Positions 1-9,601 of a stretch of DNA of 32,000 nucleotides are shown piece after piece. A program made the position numbers and the translations under genes. The DNA is taken from positions 1,380,001-1,412,000 of the forward strand of contig NZ_CP089977.1 in the NCBI RefSeq assembly GCF_025643275.1, in the 5' to 3' direction. The stretch comes from Moraxella nasicaprae (GTDB lineage: Bacteria; Pseudomonadota; Gammaproteobacteria; Pseudomonadales; Moraxellaceae). Positions within the stretch are counted from its first letter, which is position 1. Each line of letters opens with the position of its first letter. The notes below the pieces were generated by a model. The model was given only the letters and a program-made list of their open reading frames with translations. It was not told the DNA's origin and ran no database searches.

Positions 1-2
1 GT

Positions 3-1055
3 GTGCAGCACCGTGTGGTTGAACTGCCTTATGAAGGTGGTATCAAAAAAGTGGGTGTGATTGAGATTCCAAGTTTTTATTTGGATTTTAAGGCTCGCCG
101 TGAAGGGCTTGATGTCAGCGAGTATCGCAGCGTGAGTGCCGATACCGAAAAAGCGATTAAGGCGTTAAATGCACAGGGCATTGATGGCTTGGTGGTCGAT
201 TTGCGTAACAATCCTGGTGGCTCGCTTGATGAAGTTGCCAAAATGCTTGGATTGTTCATCAAAGAAGGGCCGTTGGTGCAGATTCGAGACAATCGTGGCA
301 ATGTGCAGATTTATACCGATAAAGATGGTGGTAAACAACTTTATCAAGGCGATTTGTCGGTGCTGATTAATTTAGGTTCAGCTTCTGCCAGTGAGATTTT
401 TGCCGCCGCCATTCAAGATTATGGTTTGGGCTTGATTGTTGGTAGTACCACCACAGGTAAAGGCTCAGCACAATCACAGCGAGACGATGTGGCACTAGGT
501 TCAATGACCATCACACAACGCAAGTTTTATCGTGTCAATGGTGGTAGCACCCAAAACAAGGGTGTTGTACCTGATATTGAGCTGGTTAATATCTATGAGG
601 GCATGGAATTTGGCGAACGAGAATATAAGAATCCATTGCCTTGGGATACCATCAAATCGACCAATTTTGTCGCTGAGGGCAAGTATTCTCAGGCTTTGCT
701 AAACACGCTGTCAGAGCAATCTTTGGCTCGTCAAGCACAAGACCCGCAGTTCATCTATCTAAGTAAGCTCAACGAGATTCGTGCGATTGATGATGACAAA
801 AAACCTGTGGACATCAATTTGGATAAACGCCGTGCCAAGATAAAACTCATCGAAGAAAAAACCTTGGCGGCTGAAAATGCTCGCCGTCAAGCCACAGGCG
901 AAGCCCCTTATTTGACTTGGTCGATTTATCAAGCCAGCCAAGATGCCATCGCTGAGGAGCGTGGTGCGATGAAAGAAAATGAACGACCAAAATTGCCAGA
1001 GAGCGAAGCCTATATTTTAGAGGCTGCACGCTTGATGTTCGATGCCAAAAAATAA
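3..1055 (+). CDS. prc: Tail-specific (C-terminal processing) protease, S41 family, C-terminal ~350 aa; the 5' end lies outside the window
   Basis: The ORF is open to the window edge. S41 hallmarks appear in the translation: LRNNPGGSL, the Ser-nucleophile block GSASASEIFA and the Lys block TTGKGS. A long charged C-terminal tail resembles Prc/Tsp. Confidence 0.85.
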   Translation: MQHRVVELPYEGGIKKVGVIEIPSFYLDFKARREGLDVSEYRSVSADTEKAIKALNAQGIDGLVVDLRNNPGGSLDEVAKMLGLFIKEGPLVQIRDNRGNVQIYTDKDGGKQLYQGDLSVLINLGSASASEIFAAAIQDYGLGLIVGSTTTGKGSAQSQRDDVALGSMTITQRKFYRVNGGSTQNKGVVPDIELVNIYEGMEFGEREYKNPLPWDTIKSTNFVAEGKYSQALLNTLSEQSLARQAQDPQFIYLSKLNEIRAIDDDKKPVDINLDKRRAKIKLIEEKTLAAENARRQATGEAPYLTWSIYQASQDAIAEERGAMKENERPKLPESEAYILEAARLMFDAKK

Positions 1056-1066
1056 TCGTTCATACC

Positions 1067-1113
1067 ATTCTTGCCAAGTTGGATGAATGCTTGGCAAGAA
1101 TTTGTGATTTTTT
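1067..1113 (+). terminator. Intrinsic terminator of prc
   Basis: Perfect 12-bp stem ATTCTTGCCAAG (1067-1078) / CTTGGCAAGAAT (1090-1101) with an 11-nt loop, followed by TTGTGATTTTTT. It starts 12 nt after the prc stop. Confidence 0.75.
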
Positions 1114-1115
1114 GC

Positions 1116-1144
1116 TTGACTTTTGGCGGTGAATTTGATTTAAT
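1116..1144 (+). promoter_or_regulatory. Candidate sigma70 promoter of tRNA-Phe copy 1
   Basis: TTGACT (1116-1121), 17-nt spacer, TTTAAT (1139-1144) preceded by TG at 1136-1137 (extended -10). A GC-rich discriminator AGTCGCC follows. The -10 ends 27 nt upstream of the tRNA 5' end. Confidence 0.55.
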
Positions 1145-1171
1145 AGTCGCCATTGTTGATAGACAATGCTT

Positions 1172-1247
1172 GGCGTGATAGCTCAGTCGGTAGAGCAACG
1201 GATTGAAAATCCGTGTGTCGGCAGTTCGATCCTGCCTCTCGCCACCA
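1172..1247 (+). tRNA. tRNA-Phe (anticodon GAA), CCA encoded
   Basis: Cloverleaf folded by hand over 76 nt. Acceptor GGCGUGA/UCUCGCC has a U5-U68 mismatch; D arm GCUC/GAGC; anticodon stem ACGGA/UCCGU with loop UUGAAAA; T arm GGCAG-UUCGAUC-CUGCC; then A73-CCA. Confidence 0.95.
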
Positions 1248-1252
1248 TATTA

Positions 1253-1289
1253 AAAAACCCCTGTTTTTGAACAGGGGTTTTTCTTTTTT
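1253..1289. terminator. Bidirectional intrinsic terminator (tRNA-Phe on +, transporter gene on -)
   Basis: Stem CCCCTGT (1258-1264) / ACAGGGG (1271-1277), extended by A5/T5 and flanked by T-runs readable on both strands. Confidence 0.75.
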
Positions 1290-1292
1290 CGA

Positions 1293-2192
1293 TTAACCGA
1301 TGGGCGATTTGCTCAGCCATCGCCACGGCTGCAATGCACCAATACCCATGCCAATCAATCCGCACAACATCATTGGGCTTAATGTCTCGTTCAGTAGCGG
1401 TACAGCCACCACTGCCGCCACAAATGGTGCAAGTGTGGCAATGCTACCTGCCTTGAACAGTCCGATTTTTTCAACCGCTTTGGCGTAGGTAAGTGTGGCA
1501 ATGATGACCACAAAGATACCATGAAAAATTGCCTGTGTGAATAATTGGGCAGGCTTAGCAAGGTGTAACTGTGGCGTGAAAAACAGCCCATAAATCGGCA
1601 AATAAATGATGGCAGAATATGTCGCAATGCCACTGACAATTTGCCAAGGGGTGAATTTCCACAGTCGTAGCATCACCGAAAACAGCCCCCAAAAAACAGC
1701 ACTACACAAAAACATCACATCGCCAAACCCAAATCCAGCAGGGTCATTGACCATCATCAACCCCATCAAGGTCAACGTGCAAATAATGATGGCAAAGCTA
1801 AGCATGGTCGAGCGGTCAAGGCGTTGCCCAAGCAGGACATAGGCGATGATGGCGGTAAATAGAGGAAAAGTGCCATTTAAAAATACCACACCATGTGCCA
1901 CAGGTGCATAAAAAAATCCACTATACACAAAAAAGCAGTAACCAACACTACCGACCATCGCCAATAAGGGTATGCGATAATCAAATAAAAATCGATAATC
2001 TTTTTTGATGTACAGCAGAGGTATGATGACCAAAAAAGCGGTCATAAATCGCAGTGCCAAAATATCCCAAACGGCAATATTCCAGTAGGCGGTCAATCTG
2101 GCAAACAGACTAAATCCACCCCAAATCAGCATCGTGATGAATGTGTAGATATAGCCTTGCTTGGTGTCTGAGAGTGCGTGAAATGATTTCAT
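1293..2192 (-). CDS. DMT-superfamily (EamA-like) membrane transporter
   Basis: 299-aa ORF made almost entirely of hydrophobic segments (about ten) arranged in two similar halves, as in EamA/RhaT-type carriers. No substrate assignment is possible by eye. Confidence 0.7.
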   Translation of the reverse strand: MKSFHALSDTKQGYIYTFITMLIWGGFSLFARLTAYWNIAVWDILALRFMTAFLVIIPLLYIKKDYRFLFDYRIPLLAMVGSVGYCFFVYSGFFYAPVAHGVVFLNGTFPLFTAIIAYVLLGQRLDRSTMLSFAIIICTLTLMGLMMVNDPAGFGFGDVMFLCSAVFWGLFSVMLRLWKFTPWQIVSGIATYSAIIYLPIYGLFFTPQLHLAKPAQLFTQAIFHGIFVVIIATLTYAKAVEKIGLFKAGSIATLAPFVAAVVAVPLLNETLSPMMLCGLIGMGIGALQPWRWLSKSPIG

Positions 2193-2419
2193 GGACGAAC
2201 TGGATAGTAAAAATCTTATTTTAACAAAAATTTATCCTGATGATAAAACCAAATTTCCCAAATACACGCCAGCTTTGCCAAGACAAAAGTGACTGATGAG
2301 TCATATTGATACAATTTGCTCGAAAAATCATGATGAAAAGGTTTACAAAAGCAGGAAAAATGTTGTATTGTATCGTGGTCGTTTTATCCCAATTCATACA
2401 ACAATTAGCAGAGGATTTT

Positions 2420-3169
2420 ATGAAAATTTTAGTTGCACTAAAAAGAGTGGTGGATCACAATGTCAAAGTGCGTGTCAAGGCTGATGAGACAGGCGTAGAG
2501 CTTGCCAATGCCAAGATGTCCATCAACCCATTTTGTGAGATTGCCATCGAAGAAGCGGTGCGCCTAAAAGAAAAAGGCGTGGCAAGTGAAATCATCGCTG
2601 TCAGTATCGGTGCAGCACAGGCATCAGAGCAGATTCGCTCGGCATTGGCATTGGGTGCTGACCGTGGTATTTTGGTGCAAACAGACGATAAGACCTATCC
2701 GCTACAAGTCGCCAAAATCCTAAAAGGTGTGGCAGAGCAAGAAAATGCTCAAATCGTTTTGCTGGGCAAGCAGGCGATTGATGATGATAACAACCAAACT
2801 GGTCAGATGTTGGCAGCGTTGATGGGTGTGGGTCAAGGCACTTTTGCCTCAGAGGTTGTGGTTGATGGTAGTCAAGTTCAGGTGACTCGTGAGATTGATG
2901 GTGGTTTGCAGACAGTTGCCTTGCCATTGCCTGCGGTCATCACCACTGATTTGCGTCTGAACGAACCAAGATTTCCAAAATTGCCAAACATCATGGCTGC
3001 CAAGAAAAAACCATTGGAAGAAAAAACACCAGCAGACTATGGCGTACAAATGGCTTCAAAATTGCAAACTTTAAAAGTGACTGCACCAAAAGAACGCTCA
3101 GCAGGCGTGAAAGTGGCATCGGTTGATGAATTGATTGATAAGCTAAAAAATGAAGCTCGTGTGATTTAA
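2420..3169 (+). CDS. etfB: Electron transfer flavoprotein, beta subunit
   Basis: From ATG 2420 (SD GCAGAGGA just upstream) the protein starts [19 protein letters not shown], the canonical ETF-beta N-terminus. The track ORF from TTG 2306 only adds 38 unconserved residues. Confidence 0.9.
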   Translation: MKILVALKRVVDHNVKVRVKADETGVELANAKMSINPFCEIAIEEAVRLKEKGVASEIIAVSIGAAQASEQIRSALALGADRGILVQTDDKTYPLQVAKILKGVAEQENAQIVLLGKQAIDDDNNQTGQMLAALMGVGQGTFASEVVVDGSQVQVTREIDGGLQTVALPLPAVITTDLRLNEPRFPKLPNIMAAKKKPLEEKTPADYGVQMASKLQTLKVTAPKERSAGVKVASVDELIDKLKNEARVI

Positions 3170-3201
3170 CCCAAATAATGACCAAAAAAGGATAAAAAAT
3201 T

Positions 3202-4131
3202 ATGGCAATTTTAGTCTATGCAGAACACGATAATAACGAACTAAAATCAGCAACCTTATCAGCGGTGACCGCTGCTACCAAAATGGGTGGCGATATTCAT
3301 CTACTGGTGGCAGGCCAAGGCTGTCAAGCAGTGGCAGAGCAAGCAAGCAAAATCGCTGGCGTCAGTAAAGTATTGGTGGCAGATCAGGCTGTTTATGCTA
3401 ATCAGTTGGCAGAAAATGTATCATTGTTGGTTCAGGAGCTATCGGCATCTTATAGTCATATCATCGCTCCTGCCACGACCACAGGTAAAAACTTTTTGCC
3501 ACGAGTGGCGGCATTGCTTGATGTGAATATGGTGTCTGATATTACAGCCGTGATTGATGCTACCACTTTTGAGCGTCCAATCTATGCAGGCAATGCCACC
3601 GCCACCGTCAAGAATGGCGAAAGCGTGGTTGTGGTGAGTGTGCGTACCACCGCTTTTGAGGCGGCTGCTACTGATGGTAGTGCGGCGATTGAGGCAGTGT
3701 CTGCTGTTTTTGATGCTGGTCGTTCAAGTTTTGTTAAAGAAGAGTTGGCAGTTTCTGATCGTCCAGAACTGACCTCAGCAAGCATTGTGGTGTCAGGCGG
3801 TCGTGCCTTGGCAAGTGGCGAAAACTTTGCTCAGTACATCGAGCCATTGGCGGATAAATTGGGGGCTGCGGTGGGTGCAAGTCGTGCAGCGGTTGATGCT
3901 GGATTTGTACCAAATGACATGCAAGTGGGTCAGACGGGCAAAATCGTTGCACCAAATCTGTACATTGCGGTGGGCATCTCAGGTGCTATCCAGCATCTGG
4001 CTGGTATGAAAGACTCTAAGACCATTGTTGCCATCAATAACGACCCAGAAGCACCGATTGCACAAGTGGCGGATTATTTCTTGGAAGGCGACTTATTCAC
4101 GGTATTGCCTGAATTGACCGCCAAACTATAA
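3202..4131 (+). CDS. etfA: Electron transfer flavoprotein, alpha subunit
   Basis: Starts [15 protein letters not shown], 32 nt after etfB. The C-terminal FAD-binding block [23 protein letters not shown] is typical of ETF-alpha. Confidence 0.92.
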   Translation: MAILVYAEHDNNELKSATLSAVTAATKMGGDIHLLVAGQGCQAVAEQASKIAGVSKVLVADQAVYANQLAENVSLLVQELSASYSHIIAPATTTGKNFLPRVAALLDVNMVSDITAVIDATTFERPIYAGNATATVKNGESVVVVSVRTTAFEAAATDGSAAIEAVSAVFDAGRSSFVKEELAVSDRPELTSASIVVSGGRALASGENFAQYIEPLADKLGAAVGASRAAVDAGFVPNDMQVGQTGKIVAPNLYIAVGISGAIQHLAGMKDSKTIVAINNDPEAPIAQVADYFLEGDLFTVLPELTAKL

Positions 4132-4147
4132 GTTTTTTGATATGAAC

Positions 4148-4180
4148 AAAACCCTGTGATGTGTGCAGGGTTTTTGTTTT
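4148..4180. terminator. Intrinsic terminator after etfA; probably also serves the convergent minus-strand operon
   Basis: Stem AAAACCCTG / CAGGGTTTT around the loop TGATGTGTG, followed by TTTTTGTTTT. A-rich on the other side, so it is also readable on the minus strand. Confidence 0.7.
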
Positions 4181-4239
4181 GGGTGTTGAAAAATTTTGGC
4201 TGTTCTTATCATGCGAATGATATTCACGAGGTCATGACA

Positions 4240-5112
4240 TCATTGACCGCTTGGAATGGTCAAAAAGACAAGCTCTGGACGATTAAAAATGCGTGGAATA
4301 AAGCGGGTTGATTCTTTGGCAAGTCCACGACTGACGATGAATTGGGTGTGCTGGCTACGGCTGTTGGGGTTGTCAAAATGATATTGACCGCCAGCATATT
4401 TGGGCAAAAATCCTTGATTGGGGGCAAAAACCCCATTCACCAAATAAGGCAGTCGCCATTGCCCGCCGTGAGCATGACCGCTGACGATGACATCAAAAGG
4501 ATAATGCAGATAGTCTGATATGTGTTCTGGTCTATGAGCAAGGAGGATATTGAGATGTTGGCGATTGGCAGCATTGCCGACTGTATCCAAATCTTGCCAA
4601 AATTGTGCATTATTGACAGGGTCTGACACGCCATAGACATTGACACCACTGTCTTTGCCATTGACTTGAATGGACATGCCCTTACCATGAATGATGTGAA
4701 TGCCGTAATGTTTGATGCGTTGTTCTAGTTGCTGATAGGTTGATGCTGGTAAGTACAATTCGTGATTGCCATTGACATAGTACAGGTTTGGTGTAATGTC
4801 GCCCAATTTGGCAAGCAGCGTATCAGCGTGAGTAAATGGCAGCTTGTCATCATAAATATCCCCGCCTAATAAGATGGCATCAGGTTTGCGAGCGTGCAGA
4901 GCGTCCAAGAGTTCTCGCTGTCCCTCGCCATAGTAGCAACTGTGCAAATCGGTGATGATGGCAAGTGTCAAGGTTTGTTTGGCTTGGGCGTGCGTGGCGG
5001 TATGCTCTGGCGTGCTTAGACGGTCATCGATGGCAATCATCACAAAAGCCACCAACACCACCAAAATCAGCACCAGATGAATGGCGGATAGTTTCTTGAT
5101 AAAGCCAATCAT
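4240..5112 (-). CDS. Membrane-anchored metallophosphoesterase (calcineurin-like, YaeI/YkuE-type)
   Basis: Motifs DLHS, GDIYDD, GNHE, LAHRP and SGHAHGGQ are present, plus an N-terminal hydrophobic anchor IHLVLILVVLVAFVMIAI. The start overlaps the upstream stop as ATGA. Confidence 0.75.
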   Translation of the reverse strand: MIGFIKKLSAIHLVLILVVLVAFVMIAIDDRLSTPEHTATHAQAKQTLTLAIITDLHSCYYGEGQRELLDALHARKPDAILLGGDIYDDKLPFTHADTLLAKLGDITPNLYYVNGNHELYLPASTYQQLEQRIKHYGIHIIHGKGMSIQVNGKDSGVNVYGVSDPVNNAQFWQDLDTVGNAANRQHLNILLAHRPEHISDYLHYPFDVIVSGHAHGGQWRLPYLVNGVFAPNQGFLPKYAGGQYHFDNPNSRSQHTQFIVSRGLAKESTRFIPRIFNRPELVFLTIPSGQ

Positions 5113-5879
5113 TGGTATCTTCTTTGTCTTAAAATCTCATACAAGCACACACTTCCTGCCACACCGACATTCAGGCTTTCTTCGCCATCTTGGGGCAGGG
5201 TGAGAGGTGTGCAGTTGTTAAGCAGTTCCTTATCCACGCCTTGTCCTTCATGCCCCATAATCAGAGCAAGGGGCTTGGTCAAATCCTTATGATAAATCAG
5301 CCCATCGGCGTGCGAAGTCGTGGCAAACATTGGCACTTTAACAAACTCAAAAATCTCATCAATGCCCACATTTTCATAAATGGTTAGGCTAAAATTTGCC
5401 CCCATACTGGCTCTAAGTGTCTTGGGGTTATAAGCGTGAGCCGTGCCTTTGGTACAAATGATGGTATCAAATCCTGTGGCACTGGCGGTGCGAAAAAGCG
5501 TCCCCAAGTTGCCTGTGTCTTGAATGCCATTGATGATGAGGCAATCTTTATTGATATTTTGATTGAGTACCAAACTTGGCATTTCAATAATAGCCATAAT
5601 GGGCAGACTTGTCCCAAGTGTACGAATGCTTTTGTACAAACCATCGCTAATGATGATGGGGTGTTTATCAAGTCTTTGAATGAGTGTTTGGATTTCGTGA
5701 TGGCTAAGTCCGCTTTCGCTGACAATCACGCTGATGGGCAGTTTACCTGCGTTTAAATAAGCGTCCAATAAATGCACGCCTTCTATGACGGTTTGCCCAA
5801 GTTTTTTGCGTGAGCGATGGTCGGTGAGTAGGGCGTGGGCGGTTTTAATTAGGGGATTGTCTTTGGAAGTGATAATCAT
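5109..5879 (-). CDS. TrmH/SpoU-family RNA 2'-O-methyltransferase (RlmB-like architecture)
   Basis: Knot-fold motifs IINGIQDTGNLGTLFRTASA, LIMGHEGQGV and LNVGVAGSVCLYE, with an N-terminal substrate-binding domain. The start overlaps the stop of the upstream ORF as ATGA. Confidence 0.8.
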   Translation of the reverse strand: MIITSKDNPLIKTAHALLTDHRSRKKLGQTVIEGVHLLDAYLNAGKLPISVIVSESGLSHHEIQTLIQRLDKHPIIISDGLYKSIRTLGTSLPIMAIIEMPSLVLNQNINKDCLIINGIQDTGNLGTLFRTASATGFDTIICTKGTAHAYNPKTLRASMGANFSLTIYENVGIDEIFEFVKVPMFATTSHADGLIYHKDLTKPLALIMGHEGQGVDKELLNNCTPLTLPQDGEESLNVGVAGSVCLYEILRQRRYQ

Positions 5880-6484
5880 AGGGGATTTTTGGGAAATTGG
5901 TTGATGATGGATATGATAAGCGATTTATTTAAATTTATCCAATATTCGCAAAGTTCAAAAAATTCATTGATAACAGAATGCAATGAGGACTTTTTGATAT
6001 AGCCTACCTCATAACTGCGAATGCAACTTTCAATGTCATACAACATGGCTTGAAAACTATCTATATAAATGTAATTGCTATCATAAATGCCAGCATTGAT
6101 TAAATCATTGTTGCTTTCATAAAAATTATCATTATTATTGGTAATGTTTTCATTATATAATAAACCAACATCATAAGGGCGAATGGAAAATGGATATAAT
6201 CTCTCAAAAGTATTGATGAGTTTTGCACTATCGTCATTTAACATTGGAAAGTTTAAATTTTTCCAAATTTGCTCAAAAACTTTTGAATAATTGGTGGTTG
6301 GATAAATTGGGTCATCATTGATAATTTCTAGCATTAAATCATGATAATAACCCCTATTCATTAACCAATCTATCTCATTGCCAGTTAATAAGCCGAGCGG
6401 TAAACGACTGGCAATCAGTGCCATTTGATATTGCCAGTCGTTGATGGTGGGGGGATTATCAATAGCGTCAGGCTTTATCGCCAT
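5876..6484 (-). CDS. Hypothetical protein, 202 aa, Asn/Asp/Ile/Tyr-rich, no signal peptide or TM segment; strongly AT-rich gene
   Basis: A 609-nt open frame with an ATG start lies in DNA that I hand-count at about 24% G+C (6061-6180). An open frame that long is very unlikely by chance in such stop-rich sequence. It overlaps fbp by 17 nt and the TrmH-family gene by 4 nt. I recognise no motif. Confidence 0.6.
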   Translation of the reverse strand: MAIKPDAIDNPPTINDWQYQMALIASRLPLGLLTGNEIDWLMNRGYYHDLMLEIINDDPIYPTTNYSKVFEQIWKNLNFPMLNDDSAKLINTFERLYPFSIRPYDVGLLYNENITNNNDNFYESNNDLINAGIYDSNYIYIDSFQAMLYDIESCIRSYEVGYIKKSSLHSVINEFFELCEYWINLNKSLIISIINQFPKNPL

Positions 6485-7478
6485 TTGCCAAAATCCCAGC
6501 CTTATCGTGTAGGGCTTTGATGTATTCTACTTCTTCTTTTGCTCCCAGCACCACAGGCACTCGTTGATGAATGTGTGTTGGTGTGATGTCCATGATACGT
6601 TGTACCGCATCAGTCGATGCACCGCCTGCCTGCTCAATGACAAAGCTCATGGGGTTGGCTTCGTACATCAGACGCAGTTTGCCTGCCTTGCCAGCGATTT
6701 TGGTGTCATAAGGATACATGAACACCCCGCCACGAATCAAGATACGATGCACATCAGCAATCATCGCCGCCACCCAGCGAGTATTAAAATCTTTGCCACG
6801 CACGCCTGTATCGCCAGCCACCAAGCCATCGATGTATTCTTGGACAGGCGGTAGCCAGTAGCGACGGTTGGAGGCATTGATGGCATATTCTTGGGTGCTG
6901 TGATTGATGGTAACCTTATCATTGATGAGTACATAGGCTTGACTGCTTGGGTCAAAGCTAAACATGGCAACGCCACGACCCAATGTCAATGCCAGCATGG
7001 TTGAAGTGCCATAGATAAAATAACCTGCCGCCACTTGATTCACGCCTGCTTGCAAAAAGTCATCTTCGCAAGCTTTTTGACCTTGGCGATGATAGGGCAA
7101 AATTGAAAAAATCGTGCCAACGGTCATGTTAATATCAATGTTGGACGAGCCGTCCAAAGGGTCAAAGGTAACTAGGAGCGTGCCGTCATTATTGGCAGGG
7201 CTAATCTCATCAAGCTCCTCAGAGGCAACCCCTGCACAGTGTGGGTTGTGCGTCAAGGCGCTTAATAGTAAATCATTTGAAATGACATCAAGTTTCTTTT
7301 GAGCCTCGCCTTGTACATTTTGGTTGCCTGCTTCGCCATGAATGCCAGCCAACGCTCCCTTATCCAGCAGATGACTGATAGAAATGCTGGCGGTTGCCAA
7401 TGTGGTAATGGCACTTGCCAATGCGTCTGTGGCGTGTTGTTCTAGGTATTGGGCTAATGTGGTGCTGTAAGCGTTCAT
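6468..7478 (-). CDS. fbp: Fructose-1,6-bisphosphatase, class I
   Basis: Contains [11 protein letters not shown] (metal site), [12 protein letters not shown] and EQAGGASTD. 336 aa, with SD AAGGA upstream of ATG 7478. Confidence 0.93.
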   Translation of the reverse strand: MNAYSTTLAQYLEQHATDALASAITTLATASISISHLLDKGALAGIHGEAGNQNVQGEAQKKLDVISNDLLLSALTHNPHCAGVASEELDEISPANNDGTLLVTFDPLDGSSNIDINMTVGTIFSILPYHRQGQKACEDDFLQAGVNQVAAGYFIYGTSTMLALTLGRGVAMFSFDPSSQAYVLINDKVTINHSTQEYAINASNRRYWLPPVQEYIDGLVAGDTGVRGKDFNTRWVAAMIADVHRILIRGGVFMYPYDTKIAGKAGKLRLMYEANPMSFVIEQAGGASTDAVQRIMDITPTHIHQRVPVVLGAKEEVEYIKALHDKAGILANGDKA

Positions 7479-7640
7479 GTTATATCCTTAAACATTTTTT
7501 CAAAAACCAATCATTGCCATCATTCTAGCACAAAATACCCCAAATTTCATCGGAAAATTAACCCATCTGCTTTTGAGGTATTGATGAGAGATGCTAATAA
7601 AAATATGGGTAAAATTTAATCAAAATTATTCAGTACGCCA

Positions 7641-7688
7641 TTGTGTTTTTGGGGATAAATTTGCTAAAATGACCTAATTTGTTTTTTT
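7641..7688 (+). promoter_or_regulatory. Candidate pyrB promoter plus T-rich initially transcribed region
   Basis: TTGTGT (7641-7646), 18-nt spacer, TGcTAAAAT (7662-7670). AATTTG (7676-7681) sits at the expected start site and is followed by T7 (7682-7688). Confidence 0.4.
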
Positions 7689-7722
7689 AGGCAGATGATT
7701 AAAGCATCATAAGGAATGATTC

Positions 7723-8739
7723 ATGAACAGCATCAAACAGCGACTTGACGCCCAACTTGCCCAACCACAACTGACAAAGTCTGGTGCGATTTGTCATTTT
7801 ATCGGTGTCGAAGGGTTAGACCGTTTGCAGTTAGAAAACATCATTGATAAGGCGATGGGTTATTTTGATGGCAAGGGTCGGCTGATTAATACTGATGAGC
7901 TGGCAGGTAAGACAGTGATGAACTTGTTTTTTGAAAATTCCACTCGTACTCGCACCACTTTTGAGGCCGCCCAAAAGCGACTGGGGGCAAATGTGCTTAA
8001 TCTTGATATTGCACGCTCATCTACCAACAAAGGCGAGACCTTGCGAGATACTTTGTGGAATCTTGAAGCGATGAGTGCGGATATGTTTGTTGTTCGCCAT
8101 AGTGCCAGTGGAGCGGCTCATTTTATGGCAAGTCAAGTCACGCCCAATGTTGCCATCATCAATGCAGGCGATGGCTGGCACGCCCACCCCACCCAAGCCA
8201 TGCTTGATATGCTCACCATTCATCGTGAATATTGCCTCAAACACAGCACCACTTTTGATAAGCTATCTGTTGCCATCATCGGCGACATCAAGCACAGTCG
8301 TGTGGCTCGCTCAGACATTAGTGCATTGCAAACCTTAGGGGTCAAAGACATTCGTGTTATTGCTCCTAAAACTTTATTACCCAAAGGCATCGAACGCTAT
8401 GGTGTTTCAGTGTTTAACAAGATGGAAGAGGGCTTGGCAGGCGTGGACATCATCATTGGTCTGCGTATCCAAAATGAACGCATCGGCTCGCCACTACTAC
8501 CATCGACCAGTGAGTACTTTAAGCATTATGGCATCACAGATACTCGTGTCGCCCTTGCCAAGCCAGATGCCCTAGTCATGCACCCAGGTCCGATGAATCG
8601 TGGCGTAGAGATTGCATCAAATGTGGCAGATGGCGAGCAATCGGTGATTTTAAAGCAGGTCAATAATGGCATTGCGGTGCGTATGGCGGTCATGGCAATG
8701 GCAATGCGTGGGCAGGAAAGTTTGAGAAATTTGGCATAA
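7723..8739 (+). CDS. pyrB: Aspartate carbamoyltransferase catalytic chain
   Basis: Contains [19 protein letters not shown] and [11 protein letters not shown]. 338 aa, with SD AAGGA upstream. Confidence 0.93.
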   Translation: MNSIKQRLDAQLAQPQLTKSGAICHFIGVEGLDRLQLENIIDKAMGYFDGKGRLINTDELAGKTVMNLFFENSTRTRTTFEAAQKRLGANVLNLDIARSSTNKGETLRDTLWNLEAMSADMFVVRHSASGAAHFMASQVTPNVAIINAGDGWHAHPTQAMLDMLTIHREYCLKHSTTFDKLSVAIIGDIKHSRVARSDISALQTLGVKDIRVIAPKTLLPKGIERYGVSVFNKMEEGLAGVDIIIGLRIQNERIGSPLLPSTSEYFKHYGITDTRVALAKPDALVMHPGPMNRGVEIASNVADGEQSVILKQVNNGIAVRMAVMAMAMRGQESLRNLA

Positions 8740-8815
8740 ATCATTGGCTTAATTTGGTTAAATTGTTGGGTATGTAATACACACCGCATTTTAACCATTT
8801 AATAAGAGAAACATT

Positions 8816-9601
8816 ATGTTTAAAAAAATTTCAATATTAACCGCAGGGTTATTATTATCGGTGTCGGTATTTGCCAATGATGTACAGGATTTAATTCAAA
8901 AGGCGGAAAATGGGGATATAGAATCACAAATAGAACTGGTAGATTATTATAGGCATAATCAAGATAATGTGAATTATTTGCATTGGTTGGAAAAAGTTGC
9001 CTATCAAGGCAATAAAATTGCACAATACAATCTTGGTCAAGCATATAGAGTGGGTGATGTTGTTAAACAAGATTATGCACAGGCGATTGAATGGTATCTT
9101 AAATCCGCCAACCAAAATTATTCAGAATCTCAATTCGTACTTGGTAGTATGTATGAAAATGCTCTTGGTGTTGAGCGAGATTACCAAAAGGCAATGGAGT
9201 GGTATTTAAGAGCATCTGACAATTATCATAAAGAAGCGATGTATAATATTGGTGTTATGTATGATATGGGAATGGGTGTTGAAGAAGATAACAAAAAAGC
9301 AATAGAATGGTATCAGAAAGCGATTGAGTTAAACAATGAAAAAGCTCGCTATAATTTGGCGATAAAATATTTTAATGGCGAAGGCGTAGAGCAAGATTAT
9401 GAGCAGGCAATGATACTTTATGCCATTTCCGCCACTCGGGATTATGCACCAGCTCAATATAATATGGCGGTTGCTCTTAATACAGGCATAGGTGCAGAGC
9501 AAGATATTTCATTGGCAAAAGTTTGGTTTAAAAGAGCTTGCGAAAATGAACTAGAATTAGGCTGTGAAGCTTACCAAGAATTAGTTAAAGAAGGCTACTA
9601 A
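8816..9601 (+). CDS. Secreted Sel1-like repeat (SLR/TPR-like) protein
   Basis: Signal peptide MFKKISILTAGLLLSVSVFA, then about six ~36-aa repeats of the pattern A.Y.LG.MY..G.GV..D..KA.EWY.KA. A single Cys pair (ACENELELGC) sits in the last repeat. The gene is AT-rich: 36 G+C in 120 hand-counted nt. Confidence 0.85.
   Translation: MFKKISILTAGLLLSVSVFANDVQDLIQKAENGDIESQIELVDYYRHNQDNVNYLHWLEKVAYQGNKIAQYNLGQAYRVGDVVKQDYAQAIEWYLKSANQNYSESQFVLGSMYENALGVERDYQKAMEWYLRASDNYHKEAMYNIGVMYDMGMGVEEDNKKAIEWYQKAIELNNEKARYNLAIKYFNGEGVEQDYEQAMILYAISATRDYAPAQYNMAVALNTGIGAEQDISLAKVWFKRACENELELGCEAYQELVKEGY

Noticed and set aside
1172-1247. tRNA-Phe genes as integration sites of genomic islands
   Set aside because: There is no integrase, no direct repeat of the tRNA 3' end, and no accessory cargo next to either copy. 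The neighbours are housekeeping genes (transporter/etfBA and a dehydrogenase).
2306-2419. N-terminal extensions offered by the track for etfB (2306), gph (11845), comM (14256), dksA (27355), ispA (18678), zur (30278) and gluQ (26878)
   Set aside because: Five of the seven begin at TTG (gph at ATG 11845; I did not check the comM codon at 14256), and I saw no good SD in front of those I inspected. They add unconserved residues ahead of an internal ATG that has a good SD and, for etfB, comM and dksA, a canonical family N-terminus. The shorter forms were adopted.
7584-7619. 11-codon mini-ORF (MRDANKNMGKI) with a GAGG SD upstream of pyrB, as a pyrL-like leader peptide
   Set aside because: It lies upstream of the best promoter candidate. 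No terminator/antiterminator hairpin pair follows; there is only a 5-bp CCTAA/TTAGG stem without a trailing U-run.
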